From Escherichia phage vB_EcoD-Elw: a DNA stretch of 64,000 bases. Below, one piece after another: positions 9,471 through 19,274 of this stretch. Below the pieces are notes generated by a model. The model made no database searches, was not told the origin of the DNA, and worked only from the letters and a program-made list of their open reading frames with translations. Every line of letters starts with the position of its first letter. Position 1 is the first letter of the stretch. Location: sequence record OR621298, one strand, 5' to 3'. The translations under genes were made by a program, and so were the position numbers.

Positions 9471-10070
9471 GTGCAAATCCGACATTGCTCCACGGGTGTT
9501 ACGTGCGGGCGTGTATGTGCGAATCCGACAATTTTTGGTAGTGTGCAAATCCGACCCGAAAAATTTTTATAGTGTGCAAATCCGACAATGAATTTTCCCA
9601 AAAACTCCAGCAATCCGATGCTGCGCATCAATCCTGTGGAATTAGCTAGAATATGTGCAAATCCGACATGGGTTTATTTGTGCGAATCCGACAAGATTTT
9701 TGTGACTTTGATTGGAGGGTGTGTGATTGTATGGGTTTGAGGAGAAGATGAGAGAGCGAGAAAAATTTGAGGGAACTGTGAGAGGGGCGCAGGATTGGTG
9801 CGGAGCACCTGATTTGCGGGGATTTTGGGGAAGAGTTGAGATAATTTGGGAAGATTTGGGATAGGTGCAGATAAAGTAAAATTTTATTAGCAAAACGAGG
9901 CAAAATAGCTTGACAAGTGAAAATTTCTGTGGCTCTAAAAACTCAGGCAATCATGGGCCTTCGGCCCGAAATAATGCTGCTATTTTCAGGAGATTATATG
10001 TTCCTAAAAACTTAGGCGTTTGTGCAAATCCGATCATAAATTTCTAGAAATGCAGTGTGCAAATCCGACA
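9471..10070 (+). repeat. array of 8 direct 14-bp iteron-like repeats GTGC(A/G)AATCCGACA
   Basis: Copies at 9471, 9517, 9543, 9574, 9655, 9680, 10022, 10057, all same orientation, irregular spacing; non-coding. Confidence 0.8.
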
Positions 10071-10578
10071 GTAATTTCTGGAAATGTGTTTTCAAAAAAT
10101 GTCTTCTAGAAATAACCGCCCTCCCTATAACCGCCTATTGCTGGAGTTTCTAGGAACAATGAAAACCGCCTGAGTTGGCTAGAGAAACAGATTTAAAGTT
10201 TAATGTAAACTCTAGAGTTAGTGCTCAACTATTCCTAGAAACTCAGGAGTCTAGAAGAAAGTGTTGTGCCATCCTAGCAGATGAGCAGCAACAGGTGTAT
10301 CATCTTGAACACAGATATTGCCTTTAAATATTCTCTTGTAAATAAAATTAATAGTTTCCCCAATCTCGTGAGTCTGCTGCTCTAGGCGTTCAAGATCTGT
10401 ATGCTAATCCCGTGAGAACTGCTGCAGAATACATCCTATCGCCGGAGGCGTCGGTGTACTCTTCGAGTTGGGATAGCAATAATCTTGTTGCCTAGAGCTA
10501 AAAACAGAAGTTGTTTTTAATCTATGAGATTATTATAACATGTTTGGGTATGAGAATGCAAGAAATTTTTGCTACTAT

Positions 10579-11310
10579 TTATTCCTTTCGTCTGTATTTG
10601 AGAACGATGCCCTTCGAAACCATGAAGAGGAAAGTTGCTAGATAGGAATGTGGGCTTTTAAGCGCATCATAATCTACTGTCCCGAAAGAACCTTCGCCGA
10701 AAACTTCAGAGTTCTCAAATGTAGGAAGTAAACGTGCCAATCCTACAGCTCCTATAATCTTAAAGAATTGATCCCAGTCATTTAACATTGCTTTATGTGC
10801 AGACTGTAAGATTAATGGCATCTCTAGGTTCTTTTCGAGACATAGATGAACCTGCGCAATCGTAGAGGCAATCCCTAGCAACACTTCATCTTTTGTATAA
10901 GGGAATCCAGTATCTTTTCTTTGGAGTCTAGGAAGATGATCATATTCACAACGTTTAGGTGGGATGAACTTTTCCTCGGGATATAATTCTAATGCAACTC
11001 TAACGTTTCCTTCTTTAAATACTGGAAGTTCCTGATCTGCAAAGACATGATATGAATCTGCCTTGAACCCTACAATCTTATCACCAACAGAATTGATGAT
11101 CTTTCTCATTGCAATATAAGAAGGGGATAGAGTTACGAATTTTTCTTCTTTATTATATTTAACAATTCCAGCTTCTGTATAAGCTGCGGGATGAAACTCA
11201 GAACAGAATGCTACTGCATGAGCTTCATCAGGAGTTAGTTCAGAAACACATTTGCCGTCAGCATTCTTAGCCAGCTTAATAATAGTCTTTAAATTCTCAC
11301 TAATACTCAT
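10579..11310 (-). CDS. hypothetical protein
   Basis: 243-aa ORF from track. Confidence 0.55.
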   Translation of the reverse strand: MSISENLKTIIKLAKNADGKCVSELTPDEAHAVAFCSEFHPAAYTEAGIVKYNKEEKFVTLSPSYIAMRKIINSVGDKIVGFKADSYHVFADQELPVFKEGNVRVALELYPEEKFIPPKRCEYDHLPRLQRKDTGFPYTKDEVLLGIASTIAQVHLCLEKNLEMPLILQSAHKAMLNDWDQFFKIIGAVGLARLLPTFENSEVFGEGSFGTVDYDALKSPHSYLATFLFMVSKGIVLKYRRKE

Positions 11311-11311
11311 A

Positions 11312-11695
11312 TCAAGCCTCCTGAACTTTGTCTGCCGGGTAGAAATCTTCTAGTGAATTGTAGTGAGCGGTAAAGAATTCAAAACTTAAGTAATCAGCAG
11401 TATTCTGGATGTAACGCAGCTCATTAATAAAAGACTCTTTGAAGATCTTGCGATTAGGTTTGAGCTTTATAATTTCTTCTACCAAAGTCTCTAGGATCTT
11501 TTTTGCGTCTTCAACTTGGTATGCAGCTAAGGCTTGAGATTCATAGATTACTTCATCTACTCCATTAGTAATTAAAGATACTTCTATGATTATTCCATCC
11601 TCTTCTGGATGGACTCTATTTGCATCCAGCTCACGAATGATAACACGAGTTTGACTAGTTATTTGACGATTTAACGCGATTGTGTAATGTAACAT
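11312..11695 (-). CDS. hypothetical protein
   Basis: 127-aa ORF, 1-nt gap to downstream gene. Confidence 0.55.
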   Translation of the reverse strand: MLHYTIALNRQITSQTRVIIRELDANRVHPEEDGIIIEVSLITNGVDEVIYESQALAAYQVEDAKKILETLVEEIIKLKPNRKIFKESFINELRYIQNTADYLSFEFFTAHYNSLEDFYPADKVQEA

Positions 11696-11767
11696 ATTAT
11701 TCTCCTAATGTGCCTCCCCCAGTAAAAGGTCTGAGGAGGCGTAGACCTATAAATTAATTAACGATCT

Positions 11768-12500
11768 TTATTGATCCTTTTTACTCTCATTAAGAGCAGC
11801 CCCCAACGCCTCAAGGATAGTATCATTTATGCTCCCAGGCCTAAGATTATTAAAGTGAGTAACATAGATGGGACTTTTAAAACCTTCAGCATTCGCAGGT
11901 GCTACGCTTCGCATATCAGATTCAAAAGCTTCTTGAGTATGTTTCAGCTGTACAGAAGGCCCATAATCTTCACCAACTCGATATGAGGAACTATTTTCTA
12001 TAGTGCCGCCGCATGGAACATTGTGCATTTCCGACGTTATTTTAGAATTAAATGCGATACCACTTTTGGTCCAGGAACCTCCAACAGTCACAGGAGTACT
12101 AGGACGATTCACCTCAGTCTTCACGAGTTTATAACCAGCATCTATTAATGCGTTAATAAGGTTATCAGCTGGAATCCGAGCCTTGCCAAAGATCTTACGA
12201 GCTTCTTTTAATTTATGCTCAAGATCTTTACAGGCTTTAATATCAGTGTACGAGTTTATAACCAGCATCTATTAATGCGTTAATAAGGTTATCAGCTGGA
12301 ATCCGAGCCTTGCCAAAGATCTTACGAGCTTCTTTTAATTTATGCTCAAGATCTTTACAGGCTTTAATATCAGTGTGCGCAAAGGTTAATTTCATAGATT
12401 TGAACTGTACAGTGGCAGTTAAGTCTTTAAAATCATAATCCCATGTATTTAATTCATGGTCTGGTACTACTTGAACAGGTTGTTGTGCATATAAAGTCAT
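11768..12500 (-). pseudogene. gene disrupted by an internal 127-bp tandem duplication (track ORFs 12243..12500 and 11768..12268)
   Basis: The two ORFs share an identical 42-aa stretch (TDIKACKDLEHKLKEARKIF...); 127 is not a multiple of 3, so the duplication shifts the frame. Confidence 0.5.
12123..12376. repeat. perfect 127-bp tandem direct duplication (12123-12249 and 12250-12376)
   Basis: Two adjacent identical copies read directly from the sequence. Confidence 0.85.
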
Positions 12501-12685
12501 TACTTATTCTCCAATTTGTCTAACAGCTTATGAGCTGCTAGGTTATATTGTTTAAGTTCACGGTTAAGGATTTGGTTCTCACACTTTAACTCTAAATTCT
12601 TATTATTAAGAATATTACAGATTAGTAGAAGTGCTAGTATAACTAGCAGGGAACCTACTAGCATTAAAAGAAAAAGAGTTTCCAT
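12500..12685 (-). CDS. small membrane protein
   Basis: 61-aa ORF, N-terminal TM then charged tail. Confidence 0.45.
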   Translation of the reverse strand: METLFLLMLVGSLLVILALLLICNILNNKNLELKCENQILNRELKQYNLAAHKLLDKLENK

Positions 12686-12909
12686 TATTTAATTCCCATG
12701 TAACGTTTGAGATACGTGATGAAGTCTTCTGTTGTATGTTCTACGCTACCCTGAACCACAAACAACTTTAAAGCCTCACGCTGTAATTTAAGAGCAGCTA
12801 ACTCACCACGTATATCTTCCGCTAGTTCTCTAGCTCTGCGCATAATAGCAAATGATACAAATGTTACAATAAATAACATAACTGCTAAAATAATTACTAT
12901 GATCTCCAT
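12685..12909 (-). CDS. small membrane protein
   Basis: 74-aa ORF, N-terminal TM then helical charged segment. Confidence 0.45.
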   Translation of the reverse strand: MEIIVIILAVMLFIVTFVSFAIMRRARELAEDIRGELAALKLQREALKLFVVQGSVEHTTEDFITYLKRYMGIK

Positions 12910-13187
12910 ATTAACATCCAGCTCTTATCGTATATTTGGGCATGTTCTACTAATTCATTTATCGATATAGAATTATCGTAGATACCCTCTAGTAAACGTT
13001 TTCTGTCAAATTTATCAACCAAATACTCTGTGCCATTTATCGCTACCCTATACAGCTCTGGAACTAAAGGGTGTTTGTTTGGTATTGGACGACTACCTAA
13101 GTCTATCTCATTATATCCCCAAGTTGTTTTAAATAGTTTGTTACTAAGTGCTGCTAGTGGATTTGACCATACAATATAGCTACTCAC
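12897..13187 (-). CDS. hypothetical protein
   Basis: 96-aa ORF. Confidence 0.45.
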   Translation of the reverse strand: MSSYIVWSNPLAALSNKLFKTTWGYNEIDLGSRPIPNKHPLVPELYRVAINGTEYLVDKFDRKRLLEGIYDNSISINELVEHAQIYDKSWMLIWRS

Positions 13188-13728
13188 TACTTATCTCCAT
13201 TCTTAGCTTTGAAAACTTATTATACCAAACTATATGATTATCGTCAATTACAAATTTATGGTAACATGCTGGTACGGTATAAGTTCCATAATCCGTGACG
13301 CGCTGCACAACCTTGTGTGCACACAGTCGACAACCATGCCCTTCTAAATGAGATCTAGCAGTCTGCCAGTAATAACCATCATGATCTGGACAATAAATCT
13401 CGACTTGCTGCTGCATTGTTTTATAATTTACACGCTCATATCCGAAGAAAGCCCCGTGAGCTGCAACGGCTTTCTTGATAAATATAAGGTTTAGTGCTTC
13501 TTGCTGGAAGTCGGGATGTAGCTGCTTAATCTTAGTTCTATTAATAGAACCATCCGATTTAATGAACCTATTTATTGGAAAGTTGTTAGCTTCCTCGATT
13601 AATAATTCATTTACTTTCTCTCTCATATTAAATAGTCTCACAGTTAAGGTAGAAACATTCGTAAGCATCTCCAGTAAACTCTTTATCTTGTAGTAAACAC
13701 TTAGTTTGGTCTTCCGGTACTCCAGCAT
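13180..13728 (-). CDS. hypothetical Cys/His-rich protein (possible zinc-binding)
   Basis: 182-aa ORF with CPDHDGYYW...HGCRLCAH cluster; start may be later. Confidence 0.4.
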   Translation of the reverse strand: MLEYRKTKLSVYYKIKSLLEMLTNVSTLTVRLFNMREKVNELLIEEANNFPINRFIKSDGSINRTKIKQLHPDFQQEALNLIFIKKAVAAHGAFFGYERVNYKTMQQQVEIYCPDHDGYYWQTARSHLEGHGCRLCAHKVVQRVTDYGTYTVPACYHKFVIDDNHIVWYNKFSKLRMEISSE

Positions 13729-13906
13729 CTAATAATTGTTGTTTACTTGGCTTTTCAGCGAATACTTTTACAAAATACTCACCATCCTGATTATACTCAT
13801 TTATATCTCTGGTAAGGACATATACTTGCATTTGAAGTTCCTTGAAAACATAAAAGGCCAGAACAATTAAGTCCTGGCCTCTAGAATTAGTGAAGTTGTT
13901 TACCAC
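13628..13906 (-). CDS. hypothetical protein
   Basis: 92-aa ORF; overlaps neighbour at its 3' end. Confidence 0.35.
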   Translation of the reverse strand: MVNNFTNSRGQDLIVLAFYVFKELQMQVYVLTRDINEYNQDGEYFVKVFAEKPSKQQLLDAGVPEDQTKCLLQDKEFTGDAYECFYLNCETI

Positions 13907-14260
13907 TTCGTAACATAGTGGCCGTTTCCATAAGACCTAGCGTAGTATCACGCTTATTGATCTGTTTACCAAGTTCATCGGTACGTTTACCAATGTAAAC
14001 GTTAATAGCCATATTCATAGCTGTAGCGAGATCTTCTTTGGTTATCTCTTCATCGTCTAAAGCTAATTTAGCCAAAGAATCAAATGTGCTAGAGAGTCCT
14101 ATAAGATCGGAGGTTTCTTTGGCCAAAATAGGATTAATATTATCTACTGTTACTTCTAGCATGGAGTTAACAATATCTTCTCCGTCTACTAGACCAGATT
14201 CAATATTACTCTCCCACTCCTTCATCTGCTCCAATAATGGATTTTTCTTTTCTGTCATGG
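13887..14260 (-). CDS. hypothetical protein
   Basis: ORF 13887..14324 trimmed to internal ATG (MTEKKNPLL) to relieve overlap. Confidence 0.4.
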
Positions 14261-14667
14261 TAGAGGTTTCCTGTGTCAGTTGGTAAGAAGGATGATTGAG
14301 CTTTAGGCGGATGTTGTTTAGCAATCCAGTTAAGAATCAGTACACGACTAGGAACAATATCAGTGTTGTACCAGAAATCATGGACCCATTGACGAGCATC
14401 CTCAAACTTACCAAATTTATATGCTTTCTTAAATAATTCAAACCCAAAACAATCTGGTGTAAAGTCTACTTCACGATATTGAACTACTTTAGAACCAGTT
14501 AGGTCTTGGATCGCTGCATTAATTTCTGTATGCGAGAATTTTGTTTCGTGAAACTTGTTAAAGAATCGGTAGTTGAAGCGTCCGTTCGTTTCGACAAATA
14601 ACTGGATAAAGAGATCGTTAAATTGGTTATCAAACCAGTAATTCTGTAGTTGTTGTAGTGCTGTCAT
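14206..14667 (-). CDS. hypothetical protein
   Basis: 153-aa ORF. Confidence 0.45.
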   Translation of the reverse strand: MTALQQLQNYWFDNQFNDLFIQLFVETNGRFNYRFFNKFHETKFSHTEINAAIQDLTGSKVVQYREVDFTPDCFGFELFKKAYKFGKFEDARQWVHDFWYNTDIVPSRVLILNWIAKQHPPKAQSSFLPTDTGNLYHDRKEKSIIGADEGVGE

Positions 14668-14864
14668 TTACGAACTCCGTTAATTGCCACGATGATGCCT
14701 TCGTACATAAAAGGAAGTAGCCCAGAAGTGTAGAAGATATTTTCCGTTATTCCTAGATGTCGAAAAAGTATATTAAATAATGCTGTTAGAAATACAATCT
14801 GAGGCAGTAATACAAAATACTCAGTTACAATCTTTGGTGCCTGATAAACAAGACGTTTTATCAT
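14664..14864 (-). CDS. small membrane protein
   Basis: 66-aa hydrophobic ORF. Confidence 0.35.
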   Translation of the reverse strand: MIKRLVYQAPKIVTEYFVLLPQIVFLTALFNILFRHLGITENIFYTSGLLPFMYEGIIVAINGVRK

Positions 14865-14963
14865 TGTTTTTAAGTCTCCTTATTACTTTGGCCTGCTCCA
14901 CAATAATAAAAACTGCAAGCACTAATAGTGCTATTAGCCCCGCAGTAATTGGTATTAAATCAA

Positions 14964-15308
14964 TCATGGGAGACGCCATACGTAATTAGCTGTCTGTAGA
15001 ACCTTAGGTGTGTCATCATGATACATTACTACAGACTTTGGTGAATAACTATCAGCTAGCTCTTTACGAATCATCTTACATTCTTCACCAGTATCGATAT
15101 TTTTAACTATCACTTTCATATTAAGAGGTGTTAATACAGAAAGCGGTTTCCAAGAGTCCTCAATTTCAATTCCTACCTTTTTCTCGATTACCATGAGAAC
15201 TTCTAGTGTATCATCTGGAATACTAATATTATTATTCACAAACTGTAATATCTCATGTAAGGTATTTAATTCATTAAAATTAAGCTTCATCTTTAAGAAT
15301 ATCCTCAA
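14964..15308 (-). CDS. hypothetical protein
   Basis: 114-aa ORF. Confidence 0.5.
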   Translation of the reverse strand: MRIFLKMKLNFNELNTLHEILQFVNNNISIPDDTLEVLMVIEKKVGIEIEDSWKPLSVLTPLNMKVIVKNIDTGEECKMIRKELADSYSPKSVVMYHDDTPKVLQTANYVWRLP

Positions 15309-15525
15309 TCATATCACAGGACTGTTGCAATTCGTCAGCAATGCGCTTAACATCTGTTTTTGTTACTTTACCTATTAACATCACCAGTAACATAGAAAGT
15401 ATAATAAGTGGAACTGGGATAACAAACAGTGCTACCTTAACAACATTCTTTGGTGCCCATGTATGGTACTTAGTAACTAGAACCCCTACCACGATTATAT
15501 AAAATGCTAGAATAAACATCATCAT
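15280..15525 (-). CDS. small membrane protein
   Basis: 81-aa ORF with two TM-like segments. Confidence 0.45.
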   Translation of the reverse strand: MMMFILAFYIIVVGVLVTKYHTWAPKNVVKVALFVIPVPLIILSMLLVMLIGKVTKTDVKRIADELQQSCDMIEDILKDEA

Positions 15526-15803
15526 TTTTTAATCTCCGTGATTATCTGTGTACGCATTACTTTAGCAGGTAATTTATTATTCCCAACTATTGCTTCTATA
15601 TTATTTAATTTTTCTTTTAGAATATCTGAGCGTCTCTGTGCTAGTTCAATATCTTGTTCTTGTTCTATTAAGCGGCAGTGAAGTCCACTATTAGTAGTAA
15701 GCATACTCTCTATATTTTTTCGCATGCTTACAATACCAATAATCCCGCCAATCGCTACTAGTGTCATAAGCACTAGCAATCCAATGAGAATTTCAGTTAA
15801 CAT
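15522..15803 (-). CDS. small membrane protein with coiled-coil tail
   Basis: 93-aa ORF. Confidence 0.45.
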   Translation of the reverse strand: MLTEILIGLLVLMTLVAIGGIIGIVSMRKNIESMLTTNSGLHCRLIEQEQDIELAQRRSDILKEKLNNIEAIVGNNKLPAKVMRTQIITEIKK

Positions 15804-15966
15804 TAAATGCCCCTACATTTTTCGTTATTTGGCGTTACTTTGCAAATCTCTACGTTTAGCTCATGAAGAGCCTTGTCTACTTCAGTTAAGCGTATGTTAA
15901 GAGAAACCATATTATATATTAGTATTCCTATAAGGAATGACAGTATTGAAATTGATACTCTTTCCA

Positions 15967-16218
15967 TTATTTCTTACCTTTCAGTTGCTTAACTTCACGC
16001 TCAAAAGATGCTGCACGACGTTCGGCAGTCGCTTGATGCTCTTTAGCAAAACGTGCTTCCTGTTTTGCAAGGTTGAATGCCATAGCATTCTTATTCAGAG
16101 AATCATACATCTTTTTCATTGCCGGAATAGACATCTTCATGAGCTGACCCTCAAAACCCTGCATGTCGAGGAGAATTGCCAGAACGTTAGCCATTTCATT
16201 TTTAGTCATGTTTTCCAT
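15967..16218 (-). CDS. hypothetical protein
   Basis: ORF 15967..16236 trimmed to M7; the first track ATG lies inside the promoter downstream box, RBS GAGAGGAAG precedes M7. Confidence 0.5.
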   Translation of the reverse strand: MENMTKNEMANVLAILLDMQGFEGQLMKMSIPAMKKMYDSLNKNAMAFNLAKQEARFAKEHQATAERRAASFEREVKQLKGKK

Positions 16219-16250
16219 TAGAACTTCCTCTCTCATTAATTTATGAACTT

Positions 16251-16279
16251 ATTATACAGAATTTTAAGGCTTAAAGCAA
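16251..16279 (-). promoter_or_regulatory. T5-type early promoter (-35 TTGCTT, 17-bp spacer, -10 TATAAT)
   Basis: Reverse complement of attata...17 nt...aagcaa with conserved ATAAATT downstream box. Confidence 0.6.
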
Positions 16280-16296
16280 CTGAATTTTTTAATTAC

Positions 16297-16728
16297 TTAC
16301 CAATCATTAACAACGCCGGAGAACTCAGAAGCAAAAACTTTTTCAAATTTCTCTGTAATTTCAGGATGATCTTTGCAGATCAGCTCAATGCATGCTTCTG
16401 GAGTCATTCCTTCATCTTCAGGATCACCATAGTATTTATCCCAAAGATCATCGGGGATGATGTGCTCCGCCAAATCTTGGAAAGAGATTAGCTGATAACG
16501 TTCTGCTTCCTCGGGGATAAGGATTTCACAAAGATCTTTATCTATATCGCTACGATAATCCGCAATTAATAGGGCATTGCAAGCATGACACTCCCAAACC
16601 ATCAAGCGTTCAGAAATAGGATTAGACTTATCCTGAACGTAAGACTGAAACAGGGTTCGGAAAGTTGCCTTAACTTGTTCAAACTTATCTGCTGCTGCGA
16701 AAACTAGAGCTTTATCAACTTTGTTCAT
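16297..16728 (-). CDS. hypothetical protein
   Basis: 143-aa ORF; RBS GAGAAGGAA. Confidence 0.55.
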   Translation of the reverse strand: MNKVDKALVFAAADKFEQVKATFRTLFQSYVQDKSNPISERLMVWECHACNALLIADYRSDIDKDLCEILIPEEAERYQLISFQDLAEHIIPDDLWDKYYGDPEDEGMTPEACIELICKDHPEITEKFEKVFASEFSGVVNDW

Positions 16729-16758
16729 TTTGATTCCTTCTCATCAATTTATAAAGTA

Positions 16759-16787
16759 ATTATACAGAAACTTAAGCATTTTAGCAA
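16759..16787 (-). promoter_or_regulatory. T5-type early promoter (-35 TTGCTA, -10 TATAAT)
   Basis: Same architecture, 17-bp spacer. Confidence 0.6.
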
Positions 16788-16895
16788 ATAAAACTTTTAG
16801 TTAAAATGCCTAATCCTGTGCCAATAGCAATACAAATGATTATAAGTATTGCTACTGTTTGTATGATTCGTTTAATAATAGCCTCAGCTATATAC

Positions 16896-17486
16896 TTAGA
16901 CATTTATATCTCCACGCAATACGGCAGCTACATCTTCCCCTATTTGTAATACTTCGCCGGTAGTACAATTAACTACTCTATCATAGCTAGTAAACTTACC
17001 AGATACAATATCCTCCAGTGGGATTGGAGTTTTACTCATTTCAAATGAGACATTAATATAATGTGGATCACGTAGAGAAGTAGTATGTACATGTCCGTGA
17101 ATATTTAGTTTGCCACGAAGTTCATTAGGGTGCAAAGGGCAGTGAGATAGCCAAAACTTTTTGCCGCCTCCAGTCTGTTTACCTAGAGCCTGGATATCGT
17201 CATAAACTTCCGCTAAATCCCTGATGCTCAGTCCTTGACGTTCCGCATCATGATTACCCATAATAAGTTGATTAGGGACATTGTGGATAACCGACTTTAA
17301 TTTGGTTAGACCTTCACGACCTACTGCAATATCTCCTAGCAAAATAAGTTTTGTTCGTTTACCAATATGCTTAGACAAAGTATCTAGAATATACTCATCG
17401 TGCTCTTTCATGTTCTTAAACCACGGACGGAAACGTAACGCTCCAGGGTGGTCTAGATGCAAGTCTGACCAGAATTTAACTTTCAT
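16896..17486 (-). CDS. calcineurin-like metallophosphoesterase
   Basis: 196-aa ORF; motifs GDIAVGREG, GNHD, GHVH. Confidence 0.65.
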   Translation of the reverse strand: MKVKFWSDLHLDHPGALRFRPWFKNMKEHDEYILDTLSKHIGKRTKLILLGDIAVGREGLTKLKSVIHNVPNQLIMGNHDAERQGLSIRDLAEVYDDIQALGKQTGGGKKFWLSHCPLHPNELRGKLNIHGHVHTTSLRDPHYINVSFEMSKTPIPLEDIVSGKFTSYDRVVNCTTGEVLQIGEDVAAVLRGDINV

Positions 17487-17775
17487 TACTCTTTTCCTTA
17501 TTCTGTATTAAACTATCAACCCAAGAGGTTAACACTTTGGTTTTAAACTCCTCGGGAGTCTCTCCTTCCTTAAGATCTACCTCATTAAGGTAGGTAGTAA
17601 GCCTTGTTTCTATCTCTATTTCAGCAGGAGAATTAAAACAAAAATTGACTGCTATTCCAGAATATATTACTCCGGTGTCTCCTTTGACGAAAGCATTAAC
17701 TAATGCCCTCCAACGAAGGGCATCAATACGCATTGCTCGTAATTCTTCTTGTACTTCTTTCATTCTATCATTCAT
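17476..17775 (-). CDS. hypothetical protein
   Basis: 99-aa ORF. Confidence 0.45.
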   Translation of the reverse strand: MNDRMKEVQEELRAMRIDALRWRALVNAFVKGDTGVIYSGIAVNFCFNSPAEIEIETRLTTYLNEVDLKEGETPEEFKTKVLTSWVDSLIQNKEKSNES

Positions 17776-18650
17776 TAAAGGATCCTCTGTACACCGCAGC
17801 TATCATTTTTGTCTGTGGTAAATGTGGTGATTTTGCCAGTTTCATCGTTAACCTGCGCAACCGTCAACTGCCCGTTGAAAACACCGCCAGTATCTAGGTA
17901 AACACGGTTCTGGTATAAAATCGGGTAAGGTACTCCGGTATGCCCATGAAATACAAAGTCTACTCCATTAACCGGAGGTACTTCTACCATGTATTTCTCT
18001 TTAAACCCTGCATAACGCTGGAAATGTGAGTGTTCTTCACCATTTTTAGCTAAGTGAAAACCTATTTCTTGGATTACATCTCGATCCCATAAGTATGGCT
18101 CAACATGGTATCCAGGATGGTCATGTGGGTCTTCCTTAGCTGCTTCTACTTGTGCAATAAGGCTATCCCATACTGGGGTTTCTACTTCGTTACCACATTC
18201 TTTGTACGTAAAAGGTACACCACCATGAACAACACCATACTTTTTACCACGATGCAATACAGTCAGAAATACTGGCATTTTTTCAGCCATGTCTTCAGCA
18301 ATATTTTTAATGGTATCTGCATCTAGTTCATTCATGGCCCACATACCACCGTTATACATCCAGTTAGCCCAATCTCCCACAATCATAAATTGGTCATGAT
18401 TACCACGGACACTGATAAAGCGTGGATTATACAGGAATTTGGCTAAAACTTGTAGGTTCTGCGTGCCTCGATCAATTAAATCTCCCACGCATACAACGCA
18501 GTCTTTCTTGCCATTATAGCCAGCTAATTGTAGTGCATCTTCTAGTAAATCGTTGCATCCATGAATATCACCAACAAAGAATAAGTTAACATCATCAGGT
18601 ACTACTAGTGTTTTATGCACATTAAATTCTTTTTTCATAATTATTCCCAA
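17775..18650 (-). CDS. serine/threonine protein phosphatase (PPP family, lambda-phosphatase-like)
   Basis: 291-aa ORF; GDIHG, GDLIDRG and GNHD motifs in canonical order. Confidence 0.8.
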   Translation of the reverse strand: MGIIMKKEFNVHKTLVVPDDVNLFFVGDIHGCNDLLEDALQLAGYNGKKDCVVCVGDLIDRGTQNLQVLAKFLYNPRFISVRGNHDQFMIVGDWANWMYNGGMWAMNELDADTIKNIAEDMAEKMPVFLTVLHRGKKYGVVHGGVPFTYKECGNEVETPVWDSLIAQVEAAKEDPHDHPGYHVEPYLWDRDVIQEIGFHLAKNGEEHSHFQRYAGFKEKYMVEVPPVNGVDFVFHGHTGVPYPILYQNRVYLDTGGVFNGQLTVAQVNDETGKITTFTTDKNDSCGVQRIL

Positions 18651-18886
18651 ATAACAGTTAAAATAGTTGTGCCATACTCATTAGATAACTGGAGAGTATA
18701 ACCCTCTTTATTGAGGGCTTTTATAGCTTCATAACTAATTTCGTCACGATTAAGCTGTACAAAGGAACCTCCAATCTCTACAGAAGATACTATCCTCCGC
18801 TTAACCCATCTATACGTTTTCTTTCGGCTCTTAAGGAGTGCAGCTCTATTTATTCTAGCTAAACGTTTTGCTTGTTCTGCTAACAT
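18641..18886 (-). CDS. hypothetical protein
   Basis: 81-aa ORF; RBS AGGAGG. Confidence 0.5.
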   Translation of the reverse strand: MLAEQAKRLARINRAALLKSRKKTYRWVKRRIVSSVEIGGSFVQLNRDEISYEAIKALNKEGYTLQLSNEYGTTILTVIWE

Positions 18887-18913
18887 TTAATCCTCCTATC
18901 AATTTATATAAGT

Positions 18914-18942
18914 ATTATACCAAAATTTTTAGCTGAAAGCAA
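18914..18942 (-). promoter_or_regulatory. T5-type early promoter
   Basis: -10 TATAAT and -35 TTGCTT (reverse complement on plus), 17-bp spacer. Confidence 0.55.
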
Positions 18943-18943
18943 G

Positions 18944-18976
18944 TAAAATAAAAGCCTGATCCGCTAAGATCAGGCT
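18944..18976 (-). terminator. rho-independent terminator
   Basis: stem GCCTGATC/GATCAGGC then U-run in minus sense, just downstream of the thioredoxin-like gene. Confidence 0.6.
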
Positions 18977-18983
18977 TGGTTTA

Positions 18984-19274
18984 TTAATCCTCTGGATTAT
19001 CATCCAGGAAATTTTTAATAGCTTCGTGCATAGTTTCTTTACGAAGCTGACGTCCAATCAAAATATGATTAGCTTCTACTCGACCATTAGGTAAGCGATC
19101 CGCTAGAACTACTACAGGAACTTGGCGTACACCAAATTTCTGCATTAATTCTGTATTATCAGTCTCTTTATGGACTTCCAAATTATAGTCATTGACTACT
19201 TTATCAAATACTGGCTCGAAAAGTTTACACGGGTTACAAGTAGAACCTTTCAATAGATATACTAATTTACTCAT
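18984..19274 (-). CDS. thioredoxin/glutaredoxin-like protein
   Basis: 96-aa ORF with CNPC (CxxC) motif near N-terminus. Confidence 0.55.
   Translation of the reverse strand: MSKLVYLLKGSTCNPCKLFEPVFDKVVNDYNLEVHKETDNTELMQKFGVRQVPVVVLADRLPNGRVEANHILIGRQLRKETMHEAIKNFLDDNPED

Noticed and set aside
9642-9950. Track ORFs 9642..9950 and 9646..9903 (minus strand) in the repeat region
   Set aside because: They overlap each other in different frames, lie in a purine-rich repeat tract, and lack RBS or start context; almost certainly non-coding.
9471-10070. Possible CRISPR array, given the reiterated GTGCAAATCCGACA units
   Set aside because: Repeats are only 14 bp, unevenly spaced (26-350 bp apart), with no regular repeat-spacer periodicity and no cas genes; they behave as iterons or protein-binding sites.
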